Source: Priapulus caudatus (lineage: Eukaryota). Taken from it: 41,924 nucleotides of DNA. Position 1 is the stretch's first letter. Each line of letters opens with the position of its first letter. A program made the translations under genes and the position numbers. The notes under the pieces are model-generated. The model worked only from the letters and a program-made list of their open reading frames with translations. It was not told the DNA's origin and searched no databases. This document shows, one piece after another, positions 1-12,600 of this stretch. The stretch is taken from positions 851,684-893,607 of the forward strand of contig NW_014577073.1 of assembly GCF_000485595.1 (NCBI RefSeq). The letters are read 5' to 3'.

Positions 1-639
1 GCACTCAACCCCTCACAGCTTACGGATTGAAAACCCAATCCAGCCACCACGGAGTTCATTTTTAATAATACGTGGTATTTAGTAATCGCTCCAAAATGAA
101 ATCTTATACATGAACTAGGTATTTATCAGTAAGCTCGAAAACCTGCAGGGAAATGGATCCATTAAAAGTGGAGGACCTTAGGAATCTATTAGGGATCTTT
201 AACTATACAGACAAATGCGCGACCCATTGTCTTACGTACTTAGACAGGCGCGCCTCCTGTCTGACTAGAGGGCTGTTGCTAGGCTGTTCCCAGGTCTTGC
301 TTACGCGAGTAGACACTTGCAGATAACAAAATCGCATAATAGAGAAACGGAGGCTACGACAGTCTTGGATACGCTAGAGCCACGTCTGCTGCCGACGGTC
401 GCTGAGACCGATGGTAGGGGGGCGGGACGGGGGGGTGCCAGAACCTATAGCTTAAAAAGCTAGACGGCTTACTGCCTCGAAAGTATTCATCGGCTTTGCT
501 ATAGCGCTGACTCACTTGTCCCAAAGAAACGAGCGAGCTGTACCGGCCAGCGGCTGTTATGAACTTGACTACTGCTACTTTGCTACTTCCTGATGCTTAA
601 TCAACCTTCGGCTCTCCTGACAAGCTTCTCTGCTGTTCA

Positions 640-1710
640 GGCAGTTCTAACGCCTGGTGAACGTGCCGTGCGTAAATATTCCCGCCAGCCTCTGAGAGAC
701 ACAGTCGATATGGCGTGCCGCACAGTGCGAGCGACGTACTCGTGCGTAACTATACCCCCAGGCAGCCGTCTGAATGAGAACCAGCGTCGCTGCGCGGGGA
801 CACTAGGACTGCGCAGTAGAACTGCGCCTTGCGTAATATTCCCACACTGCAGCCTCTGATGAGACAGCAAAGATCAAAAGCGCGGGTACAGCTTATACCA
901 CTGACGACATGCCTACGACTCGCTACACGGCAAGGCGAGCGCTGGCGACAGCCCGGGCACGCGCCGAAGGCAGTGCTCAAAAACGCGGGAGATTGAGCGT
1001 GAACGTGCCTTCTGATGACAGCACGCGCGCGCGGCGTGAAAGTGCCTATTCCGCAGCCTTGAACAGCGTCAGCCGCCGCCGTTGCGTAATACTTCCCTGG
1101 GTACTGCAGCCTCTGATGAGCACACGCACTACTCGCAGCTAGATCGCTGCGCAGCAGGCACCGCGACAACCCCGTTGCCTGCTATATACGGCCCGCAGCC
1201 TACTGATAGAGACAGATTAGGTCACGCCGGCCACGCGTGAACGTGCCCTGCGTAATATTTCCCGAACAGGCCTGATGAGCAAGCGATACACAGCCGCACG
1301 CGCCCGGCCGTGAACGGTGCCTGCGTATATTCGCCCCCGCAGGCCTCTGATGAGACAGGCGATCGCAGGCGCCACAGCATGCAGGATAGCGGCGTGAGAC
1401 GTACCTGCGTAATATTCCCCGCCAGCCATGACTGAATGAAGGCAGGACGATCCGCCGGAGGGCCGGCCGGGTTAGCATGCCGGTGAAACGTACCTGCGTA
1501 ATATGTTCTCAGCGCAACGCCAATGCCAGATGAGCAGGCGATCACCGCCGCATGTGGTGAAAACGTGCCTGGCGTAAATATTCCCGCAGCCTCTGATGAT
1601 ACAGTGCATCGCGGCGATGAATCGTTGCCTGCGTAAGGGGGTATTACCCGGCAGCCGTCTGATGAGACAGTGGATCGCCGCGCGCATGGAACGTGCTGCG
1701 TATATTCCGA
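640..1710. repeat. Second, more degraded array of the same 57-bp unit (about 15 copies)
   Basis: Recurring GAACGTGCC, GCGTAATATTCCC, CTCTGATGAGACAG. Confidence 0.9.
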
Positions 1711-2265
1711 CTGCACACTTGTGGATGCCCAACGGGCGTCGGTACCGGCGCCCATGTGCGAGAAAGTGTCCTCCCCTTCCGATCCTCCCTCCCGGCCTCG
1801 CCTCACCTGCTTACTGTCGCCGGATTCGCAGTCTCACTTCTGCTCTCCTCTTACTCCTTCCTGCTCCCGCTCCTCCTCCTTCTCGCGTCTCAGACCTCCT
1901 CAACGCCCCATATCTCGGCGGCCTGGCTGTATGCGCGTCTGTAGAGTGGCGAAGTTGGTCGGCCAGGACGTCCGAAGACAAAACGGCAAGCGTCGGTTCT
2001 GGAGCGCTACGGAATCGAGCGGAGTCAGAGCGCTTCCTCTCCTCATCTATCGTCGTTGCGGCCCGGCCGCTGTCGGACGCCGCGCACGCGGAGATGCACG
2101 GCGCTCCTGACAGGCGTCGGACGCGCGAGCCCGCGCGCGGCGGCGGCCGGCGGCGCGGGCAGCGGTCGGCCTCCCTGCCGTGCGCGTCGTGGACTTCGCA
2201 GAGCGCGCTGCCTCGGGCTGCACGCCCACGTCCAGACGGCGCGCGATGGGCGAGCCACGGCGCAC
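1696..2265 (-). other. Second copy of exon 9623-9112 (VWTW.CS... SHM.PTP...NI.Q)
   Basis: Colinear with 9112-9623 apart from scattered indels; also runs into 57-bp array. Confidence 0.7.
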
Positions 2266-2628
2266 CTGCAGCGAAATCGTTCGTGCGGCTGATTCAATGT
2301 AACATCGTTCATAGGCGTCCTGATTCGCGATATAAATCGAGTCGCAGACGTGCGAATCGTTACGGCAGCTTGCTAATGCACGACTAAACACGAATTATGA
2401 GGAAAATGAAACGTAATCGAACGTAATTTGATGTGATCGAAGACAATGTCGGGAGTAACCGTGTCCGTCACAATGTCGTGCGAACACAAATACATCGCTA
2501 TGGAAAATGCGCGAGTATGTCGGAGCGCGTATGTCGTTACAGCAAAGACTAAGTTTTGAAATACGTACGAGAAAAGCGGATCGGTTAGTGGGTGCTAGCG
2601 ACGATTATCCTCATGCCGTGTGCTTAAC

Positions 2629-2775
2629 ATTCATGGAAGGAATCCGGGCTTGAAAGGTATACTGCACGGCTCGGGAGTGGGCACCATAACCGTACGGAGT
2701 GGTCAGTTTCATGGAGATGGCCGGTCCGAGTCCCAGCTGACCATACGCGCCGCATCCAAACGTGAAAACTTGGCC
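2629..2775 (-). other. Second copy of exon 10138-9991 (GQVFTFGCGAYGQLGLG...)
   Basis: Colinear with 9991-10138 apart from scattered indels. Confidence 0.7.
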
Positions 2776-3859
2776 CTGCAGATCACAAAGATCTCTTCAC
2801 CGACGGAACAAAAACATCGACAAAAGAACAAAAGAATCCTTCCACCAATCACTATACCGCAGTATAAAAAAATCAATTAAATGAAAGTGTCAATGACACT
2901 AATAGCTCACGCAGCACATGAAAGTTGGAATGACGAAGCTGGTAGCTCGACCATGGGGTGATGAATAGAAGAGGAGGGGATATATAAAGCAAGGTATATA
3001 TGGGAGAATCCAGCATTATTACATATCTCCCATTATATAACTCTTGATAATGAATATACGTGCCATAAGTTTTTGCAGGTGCGAAAATAAATGTTTTCAG
3101 ATCTGTAAGTCTTGCAAATCTTGAACGAGAGATAGCGCTACGCCAAATGATGAGCCATTTTTGGTTCCGTCGAATATCGGCGCAAATAAAAACAATAAAA
3201 AATAGTTCCAATCAAATTACGGTAACCGAAGAATCTAAAACACAATATTTACACTTAATATAGGTATGATTGTAGAGTGGTTGACCAGTTAGATCGAATA
3301 TAAACGTAATAGGACGTTGTCATCTCTCGCAACAGTATTAGAATGACAATTTGTGTTTTCAGCCTGAAAACAATGGGCGAAGCAGGCCTGGTCAGGGGGT
3401 TCAGGTAGTTTTTGAATTTCACATTACAAGCATAAAATGTGCATTAGGAGGACAACATACAGGAACAATAACTTGTTCACAGAGCGATATTACAGGTACA
3501 CTGGGCAGAAGAGATATATCTTGCACTAGTCAACTAATCGCATATACACATGAGAATCGTAAATAATGCCAATACGACAAAATTTACTTAGCCATTCTGG
3601 CAAAACAAAATTAATTTTAATGTAACAACTTCGACACTGTTCCAAAAGGCTGTAACCTTTATATAATATAAGATGTTCATTGTCCAGGCAGTCAAAATTT
3701 GTTTCTCTGATGGCACTACAGTAGCTATATTCAATCATATTGAGAACAACCTTATCAGCGGAGGCTTGTACTGCTGCAAAGGCAAGTCGTGAGCCCCGNN
3801 NNNNNNNNNNNNNNNNNNNNNNNGGAATGAAAACACCCGACGAGACTGGGGCTATGCAG

Positions 3860-6800
3860 CAGACAGGCGATCGCGAGCCGGTGCCTTGTGGGGTCGCCAG
3901 CCAAAGCGCGAACGTGCCTGCGTAATATCCGCAGGCCTGTATGAGACAGCGATGGCGTGGCGCGTGAACGTGCCTGCGTAATATTCCCGCAGCCTCTGAT
4001 GAGAGCAGCGATGCGCGCGGGGCGTGAACGTACTGCGTAAATATTCCCGCAGCCTCTGATGAGACAGCGATCGCGCGCGCGTGAACGTACGCTGCGTAAT
4101 ATCCCGCTCAGAGTCTCTGATGAGACAGCAATCGCGCGGTGCGTGAACGTGCCTGCGTAATATTCCCGCAGCCGTCTGATGAGACAGCGATCGCGCGCAA
4201 GGCGTGGAACGTACCTGCGTAATATCCGCCGCAGCCTCTGATGAACAGCGATGCGCGCGTGCGTGAACGTGCCCTGCGTAATATTCCCGCCAGCCATCTG
4301 ATGAGACAGCGATAACGCGCGCGTGAACGTGCCTGCGTAATATTCGCCGCAGCCTCTGATGAGACAGCGATTGCGCGCACATGGAACAGTGTCTGCGTAA
4401 TATTCCCACAGCCTCTGATAAGCCAGCGATCGCGCACGCGTGAACGTGCCTGTGTAATATTCCGCAGCCATCTGATGAGACAGCGATCGCGCGCACGTGA
4501 AGCGTGCCTGCGTAATATTCCCGCAGCCCTCTGATGAGACAGGCGATCGCGCGCGGCGTGAAACGTGTCTGCGTAATATTCCGCCAGCCTCTGATGAGAC
4601 AGCGATAACGCGCGGCAGGTGAACGTGCCTGCGTAATATTCCGCAGCCTCTGATGAGACAGCGATAACGGCGCAGCGTGAACGTGCCTGCGTAATATTCC
4701 CGCAGCCTCTGATGAGACAGCGATCACGCGCGCATGGGAACGTGCCTGCGTAATATTCCCGCAGCCTCTGATGAGACAGCGATACGCAGCGCGGCGTGAA
4801 CGTGCCCTGGCGTAATATTCCACGCAGCCTCTGATGAGACCGCGATAACGCGCGCGTGAACGCGCCTGCGTAATATTCCCCGCAGCCTATGATGAGACAG
4901 CGATGAACGTGGCCTGCGTAATATTCCGCGCAGCCTCTGAATGAGACAGCGATCGCGCGCAGCGTGAACGTGCCTGCGTAATAATTCCCGCAGTCCTCTG
5001 ATGAGACAGCGATCGCCGCGCGTGAACGTGGCCTGCGTAATATTCCCGCAGCTCTGATGAGACAGAATCGCGCGCGGCGTAGAACGTGCGCCTGCAGTAA
5101 TATTCCGCAGCCTCTGATGAGAGCAGCGATCGCGCGCAACAGTGAACGTGTCTGCGTAATATTCCCGGCAGCCTCTGATGAGACAGTGATCGCGCGCGCG
5201 CGTGAACGTGCCTGCGTAATATTCCCGCAGCCCTCTGATGAGACAGCGATCGCGCCGCACGTGAACGTGCCTGCGTAATATTCCCGGCAGGCCTCTGATG
5301 AGACAGCGATAAACTGCGCGGCGTGAACGTGCCTGCGTAATATTCCCGCAGCCTCTGATGATGAGACAGCGATCGCCGCGGAAGCGTGAACGTGCCTGCG
5401 TAATATTCGCGCAGCCTCTGATGAGACAGCGATCGCGCGCGCGTGAACGTACCTGCGTAAATATTCCTAGCAGCCTCTGATGAGACAGCGATAACGCGCG
5501 CGTGAACGTGCCTGCGTAATATTCCCGCAGCCTCTGATGAGACAGCGATCGCGCGCACGTGAACGTGCCTGCGGTAATATTCCCGCAGCCTCTGATGAGA
5601 CAGCGATCGCGCGCAAGTGAGCGTGAACGTGCCTGCGTAATATTCCCGCAGCCTCTGATGAGACAGCGATCGCGCGCGCGTGGAAACGTGCCTGCGTAAT
5701 ATTCCCGCAGCCTCTGATGAGACAGCGATGCGCAATGCGCAAGCGGGAGCTGAATGGCCTGCGTAAATTCCTGCAGCGCCTCTGAAGAACAGCCAATCGC
5801 GCGAGCAAGTGAAGGACGAAAGAGAAGGTGAATGCACTGAGCGTGGAACGTAGCCTGCGTAATATTCCTGCAGCCTCCTGATGAAGACAGCGATCGCGCT
5901 GCACGCGTGAACTGCTCGTAATATTCGGCTGCAGACTGCATGATGAGACCAGCGATCGCGCGCAAGCGTGAACGTCGCTGGCTAATATTCCCGCGCAGCC
6001 TCTGAATGAGACAGGCGATCGCTGAGCGCTGGCGTGAACGTGCGCTGGCGTAATATATCGCCGCCGGCCTCTGAATTGAGACAGCGATCACAGCGCCAGC
6101 GTGAACTGCCTGCGTAATTATTCCTGGCAGCCTCTGATGAGACAGGCGATGCGCGCGGGCGTTGAACGTGCCTTCGTCTAATATTCCGCGCAGCCTGCTG
6201 ATGAGACATGCGGATACACAGCCGCGGAGTGAACGTGCTGCGTAATATCCGCAGCCTTCTGATGAGACAGCGATCGCGGCTCATGGGCAGGCGAAGGTGA
6301 AACATGGCCTGCGAATATTCCCGCACGACCTCTGATGGAGACAGCGATCGTCCGCAGGCGTGGGAACGTGCCTGCGAATATTCCCGGCAGTCCTCTGATG
6401 AGACAAGCGATGGCGCGCCGCGTGAACGTGCCTGCGTAAGTTTCCAGGCAGCCTCATGATGAGACAGCGATCGCGCGGCTGGGAGAAGCGTGAACGTGCA
6501 CTGCGTAATAATTCCTGCAGGTCCTCTGATGAGACAGCGATCGCGCGCACGAGTGAACTGTGTCTGTCGTAATTATTCCCAGCAGCCTCTATGATGAGAC
6601 AGCCGATCGCGGCGCCGTGTGAACGTGCCTGCGTAATATTCGCCGCAGCCTCTGATGAGACAGCGATCGCGCGGCGGTTGTGACCGTGGCTGCCAGTAAT
6701 ATTACCTGCAGCCTTCTGATCGAGACAGCGATGCGGCGCTGGGAGCGGTGAACGGCCTTGCGTAATATTCCTGCAGCCATCTGAGATGAGAACAGCGATC

Positions 6801-9126
6801 GCGCGCGCGTGAAACGTGCCTGCGTTAATATTCTGCGCGCAGGCCCTGATGAAGAAGCGATGGCGCGCGCCGTGAACGTGCCTGCGTAATATCTGCAGCA
6901 CTCTGATGAGACAGCGAATCGCGCTGCTGGCGTTGAATCGTGCCTGCGTAATATTCCGCAAGCCATCATGATGAGACAAGCGATGGCGCGCAGAGCGGAT
7001 AACGTGCCTGCGTAATATTCCGCAGGGACTCTGATGGCAGACAGCGTCGCGCGCAGTCAAGAGCGTGAACTGCCTAGCGTAAATATTGCCCTGGCAGCCT
7101 CTGATGAGACAGCGATCGCGCGCGCGCGTGAAACGTGTCTGCGTAATTTCGCCGCAGCCATGCTGAGTGAGACAGGCGATCGGCGCACGGGTAAGAAGAA
7201 GTCGTGAAACGTGCCTGCCCGTAATATTCCCGCAGCCTCTTGATGAGACATAGCGATCGCGGCGCAGCGTGAACGTACCTGCGTAATATTCCCCACCTCT
7301 GATGAACAGCATCGCGCGCTGAGTTGAATACGGACCTGCGTAATATTCCCGCAGCCTCGATGAGAGCAGCGATCGCGCGCAGGAGCCGGTGAACGTGCCT
7401 GCGTAAATATTCCGAGCACGCAGCCGTACTGATGAGCAGCGATGCGCGCGCGCGCAGGAACGTGCGCTGCGTAATATTCCCTGGCAGCCCTCTGATTAAC
7501 AGCGATGCGCGCGCAGCGCGTGGGAACGTCCCTGCGTAAATACCCGCAGCCTCTGATGAGACAGCGACGCGCGCGCGTGAACGTGGCCTGCGTAAATATT
7601 CCGCGCCATCTGATTGAGACAGCAATACCGCGCATCAAAGGGGAAAGGGTAGAAAGGAGAGGATAGAAGAGAGGGCGTGTAGACGTGAAGCGTAACGTGC
7701 TGGTAATATTCCCGCACCTCTGATGAGACAGCGATCGCGCGCAGGCAGGCAGGAAGTGAACGTGCCTGCGTAATATTGCGCAGCCTCTGATCGAACAGGC
7801 GATCGCGCGCTGAGCGCGTGACGTGCCTGCGTAATATTCCCGCAGCCTCTGATGAGACAGCGACGAGCCCGCGCGTGAACGTGCCTCGTAAAGTATTCCC
7901 GCAAGCCTCTGATGAGACAGCGATCAGCGCGGCGTCATGGGTGAACGTGCCTGCGTAATATTCGCCGCAGCGCTGCTGATGAGACAGCGATCGCGGCGCG
8001 AAGGCGACTGAACGTGCCTGCGTAATATTCCCAACAGGCCTCTGATGAGACAGCGACGCGCGCGCGTGAAGCGTGCCTGCGTAATATCGCCGCAGGGCCT
8101 CTGATGAAAGACAGCGATCGCGCGCGTGTGAACGTGCCTGCGTGATATTCCCGCAGCCAAATGATGAGACAGCGATCGGCGCACTGGAGAAGGGTGATTT
8201 AGAAACGGGGCGTGAACGTGCCTGCGTAATATTCGCGCAGCTCTGATGAGACAGCGATCGGCGTGCGTGAACGTGCCTGGCGTTAATATTCCCTGCAGCG
8301 CTCTGATGAGACAGGCGATGCGCAGCTAAGCGTGAACGTGCCTGCGTAATTATTCTCGCAGCCTCTGATGAGAGGCGATCGCGCACGACAGGCAAGCGTG
8401 AACGTGCGCTGCGTAATATTTCCCGAGCCTGATGAGACAGCGATCGCGCCGCGGGTAAGCTGAACTGCCTGCGTAATATTTCGCCACAAGGCTCTGGATG
8501 AGACAGCGATCGCGCGGCCGCAATGGGAACGTGCTGCGTAATGATTTTTCCCCCCCCCGCGCGCAGGCGTCTGATGAGACAGCGATCGCGCGCTGGCGTG
8601 AACGTGCCTGGCGTAATATTCCCGCGCCTCCTGATGAGACAGCGATCGGCGCAGCGGCTCGTGAACGTACCCGGCGTAATATTCCGCAGCGCATGCTGAT
8701 GAGACAGGCGATCTCGCGCGGGAGCGGGTGAACGTACTGCGTAATATTACCTGGCAGCGCTCTTGATGAGACAGCGATCGACGCGCGCAGCGGTGAAGCG
8801 TGCCTGCGTAATATGCGGCCAAGCCTCTGATGAGACAGCGTCGCGCGCGTGAAGAGCGGCGTGAACGTGCCTGCGTAATTATTCCCGCAGCCTCTGATGA
8901 AGACAGCGATCAACGCGTGAACGTGCCTGCGTAATAATTCCCGCAGCCTCTGATGAGAACATGCGATCGGCGCACATGGGGTGAACGTGCCTGCGTAATA
9001 TTCCGCCAGCCTCTGATGAGACACGCGATAACGCGCAGCGTGTGAACGTGTCTTGCGTAATATTCCCGCAGGCCGCTGATGAGACAGCGATCGCACGCGG
9101 CGTGAACGTGCCTGCGTAATATTCCG
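3860..9126. repeat. 57-bp GC-rich minisatellite, roughly 85-90 copies
   Basis: Consensus GCGTGAACGTGCCTGCGTAATATTCCCGCAGCCTCTGATGAGACAGCGATCGCGCGC; copies cleanest at 4400-5730, indel-rich elsewhere. Confidence 0.97.
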
Positions 9127-9623
9127 GGCGATGACATTTGTGATCTCCAACGGCGTCGTACCATGGTGCGAGAAAGTGTCCTCCCTTCCTCCTCCTCGCC
9201 TCCTCCTGCTTACTGTCGGCCGTTCGCAGTCTCCTTCTTCTGCTCTCCTCTTCCTCCTTCCTGCTCCCCTCCTCCTCCTTCTCACTCTCCTCCTCCGCCC
9301 CCTCCGCGCTGCTGTATGCGCGTCTGTAGAGTGGCGAGGTTGGTCGCCGGCGACCCGAAGACAAACGGCAGCTCGTCCTGGGAAGCCTCGGAATCGAGCG
9401 AGTCAGAGCGCTCTCTCTCATCACTCGTCGTTGCCGGCCGCCGCCGTCGGACGCGCGCACCGTGCACGGCGCTCTGCAGGCGTCGGACGCGCGAGCCCGG
9501 GCGGGCGGCGGCCGGCGGCGCGGGCAGACGGTGGCCTCCCTGCGTGCGCTCAGTGGCTTCGCAGAGCGCCGCCGCGCGGCTGCAGCCCCACGTCCAGACG
9601 CGGCGCGATGCGGCGACGGCCAC
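9112..9623 (-). CDS. claret-like exon ([15 protein letters not shown]...acidic tract...[13 protein letters not shown]), error-laden
   Basis: cgctgcag acceptor at 9624, RCC1-type VWTWG, ends CAG|GCACGT at start of the 57-bp array. Confidence 0.7.
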
Positions 9624-12600
9624 CTGCAGCGAAATCGTTCGTCGGCCGATTCAATGTAAATCGTTCATCGTCTGATTCGCGGTAAATCGTTCGCCGACGT
9701 GCGATCGTTATCGGCAGCTTGCTATGCTACGACTAAACAGCGAATTAATGAGGAAAATTAACGTAATCGAACGTAATTCTGGATGTGATCGAATGCACAC
9801 ATGTCGGAGAGTAAGCCGTGTCCAGTCACAAATCGTCTGCGAACTCAATACACTTGCTATGGAAAATGCGGCGAGTACGTCGGAGGCGCGTGATTGTCGT
9901 TAGCAGGCAAAGCCTAAGTTTTTGAAATACGTACGAGAAAAGCGGATCGGTTAGTGGGTGCTACGACGATTATTCCTCTGCCGTGCTTACATTATGGAAG
10001 AATCCGCTTGAAAGTATACTGCACGGCTCGGGGAGTGGGCACCATACCGTACGGAGTGGTCAGTTTCATGGAGGATGGCCACGTCCGAGTCCGCAGCTGA
10101 CGCCAATACGCGGCCGTGCAATCACGTGAAACTTGGCCCTGTCAGATCACAAAGATCTGCTGTCACCGACCGGAACAAAAACAATCGACAAAAGAGCAAA
10201 AAGAATCCTTCACCAAGTCACCTATACTGGCAGTATAAAAAAAAATCAATTAAAATGAAAGTGTCAATGACACTATAGCTCACAGCACATGAAAAGTGTG
10301 CAATGACAGACTAGTAGCTGCCACCTTGGGGTGATGAATAGAAGAGGAGGGGATATATAAAGCAAGGTAATATATGGGAGAATCCCAATTATATAGCAAT
10401 CTCCCCATTATATAACTCTTGATAATGATATAAGGCATAAGTTTTTTGATGGTCGAAAATAAAATGTTTCAAGATCTGAAAGTCTCCAAAATCTTGAACG
10501 AGAGATGGCGCTACGCACCTAAATGATGGCACATTTTTGGTTTCCGAATATCGCGCAAATAAAACAATAAAAATATTCCAGATCAAATTACGGTAACGAA
10601 GAATCTAAATACACAATATTTACACTTATATAGATATGATTGTAGAGTGTTGAGCGCAGTAGACGAAAATAAACGTAATAGGCGTTGTCATCTCTCGCAC
10701 ATATTAGAATGACAATTTGTGTTTTCAGCCTGAAAAATGGCGAAGAGGCCTGCGTCCAGGGGGTTCACGGTAGTTTTTGAATTTCACAAGCTTAGCGAAA
10801 CCACAGTGATCAGACATCAGGAAAGGAAACGCTTTATTTGCTACGCCAAAGGTTGCCCAAAAATCCTCCCTTACGCGCACGATATAATATTCCTAACACC
10901 CTAGGAGCTAGGGCGCGATCGCGGAACATTAATTTTTTTATCGTTTTCAAAGGTCACCGAAAAAGGCAGCTCGCGACACCACCTTTTATGGTTATGTATA
11001 TATGTATTATAAACAGAACTTCATTGGCGAGAAGTGAAACAGTTCGTACCTACGTTTCCTACCACGTGAAACAGTGGGGCCTGGGCCGGCTACTTCATAA
11101 AACGAGCCTCAAGGCCACGCGTGACGCGGCGGCTTTTGATGTACACGATCGATCGATCGCGTACTATATACGGCCTGCGTAGCACGCGCGGCATACATAC
11201 ACACACACACTTTCAGCGTCAAATAAACGCACACACTGGCCAACGTCTGACAATCTCAAAAAGTGAACTAAGCCGTGTCTATATTGTAAAGCAAACTATT
11301 ATTACAATGTTATTAAATGAAGGTACTGTTGGACTGTAAAATGAAAATTTGTACATTCTAACACCCCTAAAATTTTCTCTCAACGGATTTAGACGTTTGG
11401 AGACCCTGGGACTGTGTCACAAAATCGACCCTGGGACGGTAAAATCCGCGGATTTCCGCGGATCCGCGGAAGATTCTCATCCCTGCCCATAGGTGTAACA
11501 ACTGTTTTGGGGCTAGCCTTACACATTCACATACCAAAATTTAACAAAATCGAATTAATTTAGATGGCCATTTTCATTTTTGCCAAAAAGTGGGCGTGGC
11601 TCGAAAGTAGGTCAACTGGCATGCTCCAAAATAGGAAGGACACTGAAATGCGTAGTGAAATTGCCAAAATCTACCTAATTTGCATAATTTAAAAAAAAAT
11701 ATCAAAACCCGTGTGATATGTTTTGGGGCCAGTCCTTATTCATTCACATACTAGAAATGAGCAAAATCCGTTGAACCTGAACTGACTTATGGCCATTTCC
11801 ATTTTTGCCAAAAAGTGGGCGTGGCTCGAAAGTAGGTAGACTGGCGTGCTCCAAAATAAGACGTTCAAATCTCTCCTATAGGAGTAACAACTGTATGCAA
11901 TTTGAAACATGTGGGTCAAACGGTTCTTGAGTTATCGTTGACCGTAGGCAGACACCGAAATGCATAGTAAAATTGCCAAAATCTACCTAATTTGCATAAT
12001 TTAAAAAAATAATAAAAACCCCTGTGATATGTTTTGGGGCCAGGCCTTATTCATTCACATACCAAAAATGAGCAAAATCCGTTGAACCTGAACTTATGGC
12101 CATTTCCATTTTTGCCAAAAAGTAAGCGTGGCTCAAAAGTAGGTCAACTAGGGTGCTCCAAAACAGGACGTTCACTTCTCTCCCATAAGAGTAACAACTA
12201 TATGCAATTTGAAACATGTGGGTCAAACAGTTCTCAAGTTATCGTTGACTGTAGCCAAATGTTGACGGACGGACGGACGTACGACGGACAACGCCCCATG
12301 GTCACGACAGAATCTCTCGACCAACCAGTAAGCCACGTCACCAAAAACTCAACAAAAAAGCAAGAGAATCTTTTAACCAATCAGTGTACCCAAAAAATGA
12401 CTTAAAAAAATCAACCAAATCGTTCAAACTTATCAGAATTAAAGAAACAGCCACAAATACTTGAATGAAAGGAAACTTTCAACGTGATGGCGACAAGTGA
12501 CGTTAAGCCATTACCATCTCATCGAGGATGGCAGAATGTGCATAGCCTGCACAGACTGTCGTCACGACAACGCCCTCGAGAGCTCTGATGTAGGTTGGTA

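Larger units (their letters stand above)
1696..3424 (+). repeat. Direct duplicate of 9112-10787
   Basis: Colinear over ~1.7 kb ending at gtagtttttgaatttcaca in both. Confidence 0.92.

Noticed and set aside
1..640. Next claret-like exon
   Set aside because: No RCC1 continuation motif recognisable; sequence appears low quality
3425..3798. Possible degraded LINE 3' (zinc-binding) fragment on minus strand
   Set aside because: Only a vague EH-L...FW resemblance in noisy sequence; needs a profile search
3860..9126. CRISPR-like array (constant repeat with variable intervening sequence)
   Set aside because: Variable part is a short indel-prone (CG)n tract, not unique spacers; no cas genes; eukaryotic intronic context
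3755..9285. Long minus-strand ORFs (238-455 aa) as independent genes
   Set aside because: They arise from the stop-free 57-bp unit and switch frames at indels; only relevant as possible exon extension
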